NCBI RefSeq assembly: GCF_004010195.1
Contig: NC_057711.1
Location: 72,392,312 to 72,440,855 of the forward strand
Source: Chiloscyllium plagiosum
Taxonomy: Eukaryota
Reading direction: 5' to 3'
DNA length: 48,544 nucleotides
Shown: in pieces, positions 1 to 9,827 of the stretch
How the letters are laid out: each line of letters opens with the position of its first letter
Numbering within the stretch: the stretch's first letter is position 1
The notes under the pieces: model-generated
What the model was told of the DNA's origin: nothing
Database searches by the model: none
Seen by the model: the letters and a program-made list of their open reading frames with translations, nothing else
Made by a program: the position numbers and the translations under genes

Positions 1-435
1 CCTTTATACTCTTCTAAGGATTCACTTGATCTATCCTGTTTATACCGGACATATGCTTCCTTCTTTTTCTTAACCAAACCCTCAATTTCTTTAGTCATCC
101 AGCATTCCCTATACCTACCAGCCTTTCCTTTCACCCTGACAGGAATATACTTTCTCTGGATTCTTGTTATCTCATTTTTGAAGGTTTCCGATTTTACAGC
201 CATCCCTTTACCTGCGAACATCTGCCCCAATCAGCTTTTGAACGTTCTTGCTTAATACTGTCAAAATTGGTCTTTCTCCAATTTAGAACTTCAACTTTTA
301 GATCTGGTCTCTCCTTTTCCATCACTACCTGCACTAGCTGCTCACCTCTCTTACCTTTCCTGGAGTAAACCCATCTATGTGACTGTATCTGAGACTTCCC
401 CCCCCACTTCCTATAACTGCCATCCATCACATACC
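1..435 (-). mobile_element. CR1-type LINE fragment (ORF2 endonuclease end/linker, with a probable ORF1 piece joined at about 328)
   Basis: Minus translation VMEKERPDLKVEVLNWRK matches VMEKGRLDLKIEVLNWRK of the CR1 at 33021-33338; 1-170 is the reverse complement of CR1 sequence at 15170-15310. Confidence 0.85.
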
Positions 436-704
436 ATTGCTGTTAAGGTTGTTCCTGCCTGTAACCTTTATCCTCTCTCCTTCTGCAATCATGGTAATCC
501 CAGGAGACCAGTCAAACCTAACTTATGCTGGGCTGTTCCCTCAGGTTTCTAATGGATTCCTGTTGCCTCAAATCCATGTTCTTTTCTGCTGGTGTGCTCA
601 TAATTGCTGCAGATTTAGGCAGGGGTTTTCTGTTGGACACTTAAATGAGGTGTGAGTTAAAGTAGTCCAAAGTTCAAGACCAAGCTATTTTGGCTGCCAC
701 CCAA

Positions 705-1062
705 CTCTGCCACTGAACTTTTTTTCACAAGTTAACATTAGGTTATGTTTCTGATTTCACTATTTAGAGTCATAGAGTCATAGACATGTACAGCAAGGAA
801 ACAGACCCTTCGTCCAACTCATCCATGCCAACCAGATATCCTAAACTAATCTGGTCCCATTTGCCAGTATTTGGCCCATATTCCTCTGCCACTGAACTTT
901 TTTTCACAAGTTAACATTAGGTTATGTTTCTGATTTCACTATTTAGAGTCATAGAGTCATAGAGATGTACAGCAAGGAAACAGACCCTTCGTCCAACTCA
1001 TCCATGCCGACCAGATATCCTAAACTAATCTGGTCCCATTTGCCAGTATTTGGCCCATATTC
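705..1062. repeat. 179-bp tandem duplication (2 copies) spanning a CR1 3' junction
   Basis: 705-883 and 884-1062 differ at only 2 positions by eye; CTC microhomology at the junction. Confidence 0.95.
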
Positions 1063-1525
1063 CTCCAAACCCTTTCTATTTATATTTCCATCCAGATGTC
1101 TTTTAAATGTTGTAGTTGTACCAGCCTTCACCACTTCCTCTGGCAGCTCATTCCATATATGCATCATCTGCTGAGTGAAAATGTTGGTCCTTTTTAAATT
1201 TTTCCCTTCTCACCCTAAAGCTCTAGTTTTGGACTCACCCTGCCCAGAGAAAAAGATCTTGTCTATATGATCTATCCATGCCCTGCATGATTTTATAAAC
1301 CTCTATAAGGTCATCCTTCAGCCTCTGACTCTCCAGGGAAAACAGCCCTAGCCTATTCAGCCAGTCCCTATAGCTCAAACCCTTCAATCCTGGCAACATC
1401 ATTGTAAACCTTTTCTGAACGCTTCCAAGTTTCAAAATATCCTTCCAGTAGGAAGGAGACCAGAATTGCACACAATATTGTAGAAGTGGCCTAACCAATG
1501 TCCTGTGGAGCTGCAACATGACCAT
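944..1525 (-). mobile_element. 5'-truncated CR1 LINE 3' end
   Basis: LVRPLLQYCVQFWSP and WNELPEEVV ORF2 C-terminal motifs; (TCTATGAC)n tail on the minus strand at about 944-965. Confidence 0.95.
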
Positions 1526-1624
1526 TGAAAGCTCTAAAGCTACGCCTGGAGAACAGTTTCATTCTGTCCAATGTGTGGTATAAAACACTGAGGCGTCCCA
1601 TCTCAAAGCCTATGGATCACCCTG

Positions 1625-1852
1625 TGAAGTTACTCTACAGAGACCAGTATCCCATCACCAAATCACCCTTCATGGAGATTCCTTGACACTGACCCAACTC
1701 CCTCAGAGCCAGCTCTCAGATTGAACAGGATCTCTAACATTCCTGTTTATATCTGTCAGCCAGGGCTCCCTGATTGGACAAGTTTAACAGCCCCAATCAG
1801 GGAAGTCGTATTCTATGAGGTCCACCTGGCTGACCTCATTACAATCACTACA
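1625..1852 (-). repeat. Gypsy 3' LTR, preceded by polypurine tract GGGTGAGGGA (1853-1862, minus)
   Basis: Shares AGTATCCCATCACCAAATCACCCTT and CTGTCAGCCAGGGCTCCCTGATTGGA with 5892-6102; the PPT abuts the TGTAGT start on the minus strand. Confidence 0.9.
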
Positions 1853-4199
1853 TCCCTCACCCTCTGAGTCTGAGGACACAGGATTTTCTTTGTAGCTCCT
1901 CCTTGAGTGTTTGAGCACCTGGTCAGGTTTGTTCAACTCTGTTTCTGATACAGGCTGTCCGTAATACACCATTGCTCACCTCTTGTGCCTGGAGTGTCTC
2001 AGCAGAAATTAATTCTGTTCTTCAGGTGGTGAAGGCATCGAGGTGACAACATCCACCATGTCCATCTCAGATTCCGAGGGACTTTCAATGCTTGATGGAG
2101 AGGGAGAACACACGGGTTCTGGAGCAGTTGGAAAAGAAGTTGAAAACCCGGGCACATTTTGCTCTCGCACTGTTTGCGATTTGCAACTTTCGTATGGTCC
2201 ACGTGCTTGTTCAGGACCATCACACCTCCCCAAAATTTATACTGTTCCTAGTCCTGATTTCATGTTGACCATGCCTCTTACCCATGCAGGGCCATTCCCG
2301 TGGATCCTTCACCAAACTTTTTCCCCTGAAGTAAACTGTCTCTCTTGCTTTGTGGAGTTTTGTGTCCAGAATTGATTTTCCTGATGCTGTTTCATTCTCC
2401 ACCCCCACGTCCAGGAAGATCTGACTTAACCTGGAGTCTTCCACCCATTAGCAGCTCTGCCGGGGCTATCCATGTAGTTGCATGAGGGGTGGTTCTAGAA
2501 TCAAGAAGGAACTGGGACAGTTTGGTATCTAATGAAGCTATAGGCTGTTTCTTTAAGCCGGCCTTCAAAGTTTGGACTGCTCTTTTTGTCAGACCATTGG
2601 AAGATGGATGGTCCAGAGCTATCTTTATATGTCAACTATCATTCGAATCTAAGAAATATTCAAGTTCCCTGCTGGTAAATGGTGGCCCGTTATCTATGAC
2701 AAACACTTCCGGAGTCCGCATATTGCAAAAGAAGTGCACAGTTTATCTGCCCTTGTCCCTGTGTTTGACTAATGAACACTATGCGTGCCCAGCCAATTTG
2801 AGTGGGTGTCCACAATGTGTAAGAACATTGAGCCCATGAAAGGACCTGTTGAGATGTCATCAATTCTCGGGTTTACCTGGACATTTCCACAAATGAGCTG
2901 GTAATTTGTTTACCTTACTGGCACTCTGGGCACTGCACGACTAATGCAGCTATGTCTGCATCCAATTGTGGCCACCCGACATAATGCCTTGCCAATATTT
3001 TCATTTTGGAAACCCCTAGATCATCCTGCTGGAGTTCAGCCAGTATCTGGTAGCGACCTTTGCTCAGGACAATCACTCTTGTTCCCTGTAATAATATGCC
3101 ATCCTCTATTGTGATCTGTCTCTCCAGGTCCAAAAGGTTTTCAATTCTAGTTGTGACGTCATTTTGTTTTCCCCCAGCATCAACAGCTGTTCCAGTTTGA
3201 CCAGGATCTTTCCTGCTTTCAAAGTCTGATATTGTCAGCTGGTAATGGAAGTGTGTCCACAAAATTCAAAGCCATTATGCCCACTTTCAGTGGTGGTATA
3301 TCTTCAGTGAGAGGTGGTTTAATGCATCTGCATTCACTTCTTGGCCTCCTGGACAGTGCTCCAACTTGTAATTATACACATTTACTTTTGGAGCCCACTG
3401 CTGAATTTCAGCTAAAGCCATGGGCAGCACTGCCTTATCTGTTTAAAGTAGATCTAGCAGGGTTTTGTTTTCCGTTAATATTACAAATCTATGTGTGTAA
3501 GGTATCAGTGGTATCTCTTGACTCCACATATGACTGCCAAATCTTCCTTCTCTATCTGGGCATATTTACACTCTGCATTAGCCAAAGGTCTGGATGCATA
3601 CGCTATTGGACCTTCCTCTCCATTAGGGCACCTATGAGCTAAAACAATCCTGCTGCCCTATGGGTAGGCACCACATGTCAATACCAGATCTCGCTTGGGA
3701 TGTTAACGTGCCAACACCTTAGAGGATGATAGCTGTTACTTCACTTCCCTGAAAGCTATCATTTGGCTATGCAACCAGTTCTAAGCCGGCCCTCTTTTAA
3801 GGGTTGACGCAAGGATGCCAGGATGGAGGCCAAGTTATAATTCCCAAGACCAAGGAAAGACCTCAACTCCAATACAGCTTTGGAAACAGGGGCCCTGTTT
3901 GGTCACCCTCACTTTATCTTCCAACAGGTGTAACCTGTTGACTCTTGTCGACTCTGCAGCTCAAGTAGGTCAATTTGAAACTCTGGAGCATACAGTTTTC
4001 CCTTTTAAGGCTAATGCATGCCTGGGAGAAATGTCTAAGGACTATCTCTAAGTTGTTTAAAGCTTTCCTTATTGGTCTTCCCTGTTATTAGCACATCATC
4101 GAGTTAAATGGCGACCAGGGATAGACCTTGTAAAATGTTCTCTATCATCTGCTGAAACATTGCATGGGCTGACAACACCCCAAATGGTAATTTCATATT

Positions 4200-4357
4200 C
4201 AGAGGAACCTCAATTATCTGGCATTCGATTATCCAAATATCGGATTATCTGGCAAGATCGCAATGTCCCTATGTTGGCTAAACTATATTATCCGGAATCC
4301 GATTACCTGATCGAAATACTCCCTGCCTGTATCCTTCAGATAATCGAGGTTCCTCTG
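4200..4357. mobile_element. 158-bp MITE, Tc1/mariner superfamily (pogo/Tigger-like)
   Basis: 21-bp TIRs CAGAGGAACCTCAATTATCTG / CAGATAATCGAGGTTCCTCTG (1 mismatch); TA on the right flank, TT on the left; removing it restores the Gypsy RT frame QYMKLPFG. Confidence 0.85.
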
Positions 4358-5142
4358 TATTGGTCCAAACCCTTATGGGTATTAATCGTGGCATACTCCT
4401 GGAAATCCTCATCTATCCACCATTGCAAGTATGCATGACCCTTGTCCAGCTTTGTGAAGGACAGACCCCCTGCCATCTTTGTGGATAAACCCTGTAGGTG
4501 AGGAATTGGGTATTTGTGCAGGAGCAAAAAGTGGTTTACCATTTGTTTCAAATTTTCACAAAGGCGAACCAACCCATTGGGCTTCACAATCAGCAGGACC
4601 ATGCAGCCCATTCCACAGACTGAACTGGTTTGATGATTCCTTTGCTTTCCAGCCTTCTAGTTTCTGCCTCTACTTTTGCCCCTGGGCAAATGGCACTGGA
4701 TGGGCCTTGCAGAATCAAGGAATTGTTTCCTGCTCAATTTGCAAGTTAACCTTGTCTCCTTTGATAGACTATAGACCTTCCTGAAGAACTTCCAGGTATT
4801 TAATGAGGTCTTCACTCAGGTAGCCACTTTCTAACTGAAAAATGTTGAGCCAATTCGGTGAATCTTTTTCAATCAATTTCACCCCATCAAGCATGGGCCC
4901 AAGTCTTTTACTACAATCAGTGGTCACTTTATCAGTTTCTTCGCACACGAGACCAGACCTGAAGTTGTACCCTTAATCTGTAAAGATTCCCCAGTATGGA
5001 TACTCAGTCTGGCTAATGCCATGTACAAAATTAAGAGTTGGAGTTCAGAGTGAATTTTATGAAAACTGGTTCTATGATAACTGAAAAGGCCATGCTGGTA
5101 TCAACTTCCATTAGAACTGGGTGACCATTTACCCAGACATTT

Positions 5143-5368
5143 TTTTTTTCTTCCCACACTACCACCTGACAATCTCCTGATTATTTTTTTTTCTCTCTTT
5201 TTTTTTTGGTATTTTTAAATATATTAATCCCCACACTACCACCTAAGTGTGGTAGTGCTTATTTTATCCCCAGCACCTATGGTGTGTGTGTGCAGGTGTG
5301 AGACACAGTGAAAGACACAAAGTGCACGAATCTTTATTCAAATTCCACCACCAGGAAGATAGGAAAAC
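5143..5368 (-). mobile_element. Poly(A)-tailed retroposed 3' end (L1/Tx1-type insertion), non-coding
   Basis: 13-bp TSD TACCCAGAYATTT at 5130-5142 and 5369-5381; T-runs at the left end; interrupts Gypsy protease KINIWV/NGHPVLMEVDT. Confidence 0.8.
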
Positions 5369-5880
5369 TACCCAGATATTTATTTTGTTTGGTTCTGATT
5401 TAGATGTTATTAAGCAATTTAACTGGTCCAAACCAGATGCAGGTGGACTTCCCAGGGTGTGCACTCTCCTTCGAGCTCTCTTATTCAATTTAGGTCTAGT
5501 GGAGCTCTTTTGCTGTCTCAAGTCTGCATACCGATAGCAAATACAATGATTTGCAGGCCTGTATCCTGAAGAAAATTTTAACCATTTAGGCGAGGCTTGG
5601 TTTTATTTTGTGGTTTTGCTGTGAGCTGACCGAGAGTCCCTCTGTTCAGGGTATATCCTGAATCAGGCTATGCAATGACCTTCATTCAAGTGGTGTTCCC
5701 CAAGCTCAGTTGGATGACTCTATGGCTGGCAAGGGCATCCACTTCTATCAGCGTACCCTGCAACTCATATGTTCCGCTTGCTGAATTTTCCAATGCTAAA
5801 GCCGTTTGTAGTGCCTGTTTGAACTCCAATTGGGTTTTGGCTGGTAGGTGGTCTTGCATGCTTACATCATTAATCCCACT

Positions 5881-5890
5881 CTCATTGCCA
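5881..5890 (-). other. Primer-binding-site-like TGGCAATGAG
   Basis: Starts with TGG one base after the 5' LTR terminal CA on the minus strand; resembles a CpG-decayed TGGCGACGAG Gypsy PBS. Confidence 0.65.
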
Positions 5891-5891
5891 T

Positions 5892-6102
5892 TGAAATAAC
5901 ACCACAGAGGCTAGTATCCCATCACCAAATCACCCTTTATTTACACATGGAGAGTCTTTGACACTGATCCAGCTCCCATAACATGTAACACTCTGTTCAT
6001 GGCTGTCAGCCAGGGCTCCCTGATTGGATGAGGTTAACAGCCTGAACCAGGGAACTCATATTCTAAGATATCCGGTGGGCTGACCTCGCTAGAATCAGTA
6101 CA
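5892..6102 (-). repeat. Gypsy 5' LTR
   Basis: Diverged direct repeat of 1625-1852 with TG...CA termini. Confidence 0.9.
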
Positions 6103-6164
6103 CATTGAACATGTGGCTTTGCAGTTGGAAGCAGTGAATAGAAATGCATGTAACTACAGTAGTT

Positions 6165-6245
6165 TAATTATAATATAGCACCTTTAACATTGTAAAACCT
6201 TTCAAGTCACTTCACAGGAATGACTTTCAAACAGAGTTTGATTTT
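6165..6245 (-). mobile_element. Old L2-type LINE 3' tail fragment
   Basis: ATATAGCACCTTTAACATTGTAAAACCTTTCAAGTCACTTCAC resembles the reverse complement of the L2 terminal motif GTGAAGCGCCTTGGG...AAAGGCGCTATAT. Confidence 0.55.
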
Positions 6246-6879
6246 GCTGTTCTCTCTAATTGGCATACAAAGTGAAGGATAGATTCACATTCAATGTGTT
6301 CTGAGCACATGTGAAAGGAAAACTGAATGAAAGGGAAAATTGAAAGAAAGAGTTCCATGAGGTCAGAGGTCAGAGGTCATGAATCCATAATTAGCTTGTC
6401 ACAGCTACAAGAGCCAAAAAGACCAATTGGTAAAGCTGTTTACAGCATTAATATACAATAAAGCATGCAATTTTGAAAGCAAGAACAAAAGATGTGTATT
6501 TGTATTTCTTTATCTCTGAATTGTGATGATAAGGGTTATTGTATCACAAATAATTCTTAAACATGTACTCTTACCTTCAGTGTATTTTATTCTTTCTTTG
6601 GGGGAGAACATGTGAATGAATGCCATCTGAAAGCAATAATAGTTGTGCTGCAGTTTTTGCCCTTTGTGAAGTACTGCAATTTCTCCTGGTTATTTGTAGA
6701 AAGGTGTCTGCTTTCACTGGCCTTTGCTATCCTACACACTGCTCAGCAGTGAGGTGAGCACTTTTAAAGGACCACACTTCAAACACCAAAGATACATAGG
6801 ATACCACTTTGCACTGAATATCAGTTATCAGGAATTGATTATTTTAGCAGTTAACCAATGCCTCACTTTTAAATTTTTC

Positions 6880-7240
6880 ATTTTTGTTTTGTAATCCTTC
6901 CTTGACTCTCCCAAACTCTGTAATCATCACCAGCCTGACAACCTTCTGGAATATTCATGATCCTCCACTTCAGACCACTTCAGCATCCTCAATTTTACTT
7001 CCTTCACCTTTGACAGCAGTGCCTTCAGTCATAAAGGCCCTAAGATCTGCGATTGTCAGCCTAACTCTCCTCAGCTCATTGCTGTTCTTCTTCGAGAGGC
7101 TTCTTAAAGTTGACCTTCTCATCGAAGGATTTTGTGATCTGTCTTAATATCTATGCAGCTCAGCATCCCAACATGATTGCTATCATTCCCGCAAAGTGCT
7201 TTGAGATGTTTTACCCATGCACGATAAATGGAAGTTGTTA
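6880..7240 (+). mobile_element. Old L2-type LINE 3' end
   Basis: GCCTTCAGTCATAAAGGCCCTAAGATCTG (AFS..GPK.W-like), CTTCTTAAAGTTGACCTT, and tail AAGTGCTTTGAGATGTTTTAC...ATAAATGGAAGTTGTT. Confidence 0.65.
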
Positions 7241-7738
7241 TTATATCTGTTTACATAATTAGTAAGTTCTTTAACACCATACGCCACCAAATTTAAAATG
7301 AATGGATCATATCACATATTGTCTTTAATACACAATGCAGCTTTAGACATTGAGTTTTAATTTACTCACGGGTAATTGTATTTAATATTATACTGAGTTG
7401 CTATAAATGTTTGCCACTTCCTGTTGTCGCACTAAGTCATAAAGGACTAATGAAAATAAACAAAACCTTGCCAGATTCTGGAAAACATCACTACTGTTTT
7501 AAAATTCTAAAACCAATACTCCGGGTGAGTTCTGACAGTAGATTTTAAGACATTACAGGTAACATTGTTTAAAACGAATTCATGGAAACTACTGCATTCA
7601 CTACTCATTGGTCTGAATACCCATGGCAACAGCTCAAGAGCACATTTGTAATTTGCCCTCTGATGTTTTATGTATGATTGTACTATTTAATTTTGGCAAT
7701 TTTTGCACTCATGTTCAATATCAGGTTTTGAACAGCAA

Positions 7739-7864
7739 AGATTTAATATATTTGCACATCTGCTATATTATCTACAAGGAACATGTGTTCACTTAAAGTT
7801 CCATAGCTGGGAAACAACTTTGTCCTTGTAGATAATATAACAGATGTGCAAATATATTAAATCT
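7739..7864. repeat. 42-bp inverted repeat with 42-bp spacer
   Basis: 7739-7780 vs 7823-7864: 41/42 complementary. Confidence 0.95.
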
Positions 7865-7974
7865 GCCTAGTTTATGTGGATAGGATATCCTTTCATTACA
7901 GTGTATAATGATATTAGAGGTGATCAGATTAAATTTCCTGTTTGTGTCCTCAGCAAAATCGTAAATGTTTTCTA

Positions 7975-8252
7975 TAGATTAGTATGGAAACAGGCCCTTT
8001 GGCCCAACAAGTCCACACCGACTCGCCGAAGCACTACCCACCCAGACCCATTCCCCCCTTCACCTAACACTACGGGCAATTTAGCACGGCCAATTCACCT
8101 AATCTGCACATTTTTGGACTGTGGGAGGAAACCCACACAGACACAGGGAGAACGTGCAAACTCCACACAGTCAGTCGCCTGAGGTGGGAATTGAACCTGG
8201 GTCTCTGGCACGGTGAGGTAGCAGTGCTAACCACTGTGCTCCCGTGCCGCCC
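7975..8252 (-). mobile_element. HE1-type tRNA-derived SINE (V-SINE)
   Basis: Reverse complement of the copies at 26120 and 28255; Pol III A-box (CAGTGGTTAG) and B-box (GGTTCAATTCC); CR1-like tail ending AATCTA. Confidence 0.93.
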
Positions 8253-8720
8253 ACAAAGTGCTTTCTTTCAAAACTGCATTTCAGTTTCATCTCAGCTAGT
8301 TACCTGAGTAGGCATGGCAAAGAAATTCTGACTTATTCACTGGATCTTGTACCACAGATTCTTTTAGAAACTACAACATATTTTAGTGAAAACTTGAACG
8401 AAAGTGTGTACATCAACTGAAGATGAACTATCTAACCTGGGACAATTGGTGTTTGATTTGAACCCCAAAGTAACCCTAAGTCGTATCCAAGTACATTTGT
8501 ATTTGTATTTCTGTTCTTTTCAATATACTTAAAATTTTTACATTCTGCGCAATTTGCAGCTACCCTCATTGCAATGCATCAAATCATAGAATCCTTACAG
8601 AGTAGAATCCCTACATGCTGATCTTATTTCAATTGATTGCTAAATTTTGATTGCTTTCTTTTTTTCCATATTTGTAATCAGCCTCTGGATATGTGATATA
8701 ATAGTAGGAATCCTGTTCTG

Positions 8721-9110
8721 GAGTCATAGAGATGTACAGCACAGAAACAGACCCTATGGTCCAACATGTTCATGCCAAGCAATTATCCTAAATTAATTTA
8801 GCCCCATTTGCTAGCACTTGGTCCATATTCCTGTAAGCCTTTCCTATACATATACCTATCCAAATGCCTTTTAAATGTTATAATTATACCAGCCTCCACC
8901 ACTTCCTCTGGCAGCTCATTCCATACACACACCACCTTCTGCGTGAAAAAAGTTGCCCCTTGGGTCCCTTTTAGATCTTTCCCCATTCACCCTAAACCTA
9001 TCTCCTTTAGTCTGGACTCCCCCATCCCAGGGAAAAGATCTTGTCTATTTACCCTATCCATGCCCTTTCGGATTTTATGAACCTCTGTAAGGCCACCCCT
9101 CAGCCTTTTC
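8721..9110 (-). mobile_element. CR1 LINE 3' fragment
   Basis: FFTQKVVCVWNELPEEVVEAG motif; TCTATGACTC tail. Confidence 0.93.
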
Positions 9111-9495
9111 AGACACATAAGTGAATAATGGTTGTTAGATGAGATATTATAGTTGGGGATACAAGTTAGATGTCTGATAAAACTCTGCATAATATTCTCT
9201 CTGTTTTTCTGAAAGTTATGATATTATTCTTATTGATATTAATAATTTTATGTGGTAATTTGTGTTTCAAAGTGGATTGGACCATGTACAGTTTTGAGTT
9301 GGATTTGTATTTCTATATTGTGTGTTATAAAGTGGGGTGGGCTTGGTTTCATTTCTCGAAATGATAAGAAGTAGTATGATTTATCGTAATTTACTTACAT
9401 GCAGTTAAAAGAGGTTTCTAAAAGTCTCTGAAATGAATAGATCAGTTCTTTAGAAAGCAAGGAATCCTAAGACAATTGGATTGATCCTGAGTAAG

Positions 9496-9648
9496 TGTCA
9501 AGAGTGTGGTGCTGGAATTCTGATGAAGGGCTTATGCCCAAAGCATTGATTCTCCTGCTCCTCAGATGCTGCCTGATCTGCTGTGCTTTTCCAGCACCAC
9601 ACTCTCAACTCTGATCTCCAGCCTCTGCAGTCCTCACTTTTCTTCTAG
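9496..9648 (+). mobile_element. Short Penelope-like terminal-repeat element with decayed hammerhead core
   Basis: Same family as 23206, 24936 and 31673; CTGATGAAGGGCTTATGCCC at 9520; 16-bp inverted arm GAGTGTGGTGCTGGAA/TTCCAGCACCACACTC; no clear TSD. Confidence 0.8.
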
Positions 9649-9751
9649 TTAATCATGGTTAACAAGCTGTCCTAAGACACAGGGAAACAGAGACAGGCAC
9701 AGTTTCCCTTTTGAAAGGAATAACTTGCCAGAAGGTCAGTGAGAAGGTCAG

Positions 9752-9827
9752 TGCTCTTCGGAGGGTCGGTGTGGACTTGTTGGGCTGAAGGGCCTGTTTC
9801 CACACTGTAAGTAATCTAAAAAAAAAA
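9752..9827 (+). mobile_element. HE1 SINE 3' fragment
   Basis: CTTCGGAGGGTCGGTGTGGACTTGTTGGG...GTTTCCACACTGTA-AATCTA plus A-run, matching the tails of full copies. Confidence 0.88.

Larger units (their letters stand above)
1863..5880 (-). pseudogene. Gypsy gag-pol, frameshifted and interrupted
   Basis: gag GINDVSMQ...LEFKQALQTALALE; protease NGHPVLMEVDTS; RT KYPIP...FTKLDKGHAYLQ...TINTHKGL and KLPFGV; integrase zinc-finger region GVSKMK...WPQLDADI...CPECQ; core DNGPPFTS...HPSSNGL. Confidence 0.9.
1625..6102 (-). mobile_element. Decayed Ty3/Gypsy LTR retrotransposon with both LTRs
   Basis: Direct repeats 1625-1852 and 5892-6102 with TG...CA ends; PPT and PBS-like sites; minus-strand order gag-PR-RT-(RH)-IN; flanks CCCTG/CATTG are at best a decayed 5-bp TSD. 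Confidence 0.93.

Noticed and set aside
705..1062. CRISPR-like or satellite array
   Set aside because: Only two contiguous copies with no spacers; eukaryotic context; no repeat-spacer arrays anywhere in the window.
1863..2233. env-like or chromodomain extra ORF in the Gypsy 3' region
   Set aside because: Ser/Pro/Glu-rich low-complexity integrase tail only; no signal peptide, transmembrane or chromodomain motif seen.
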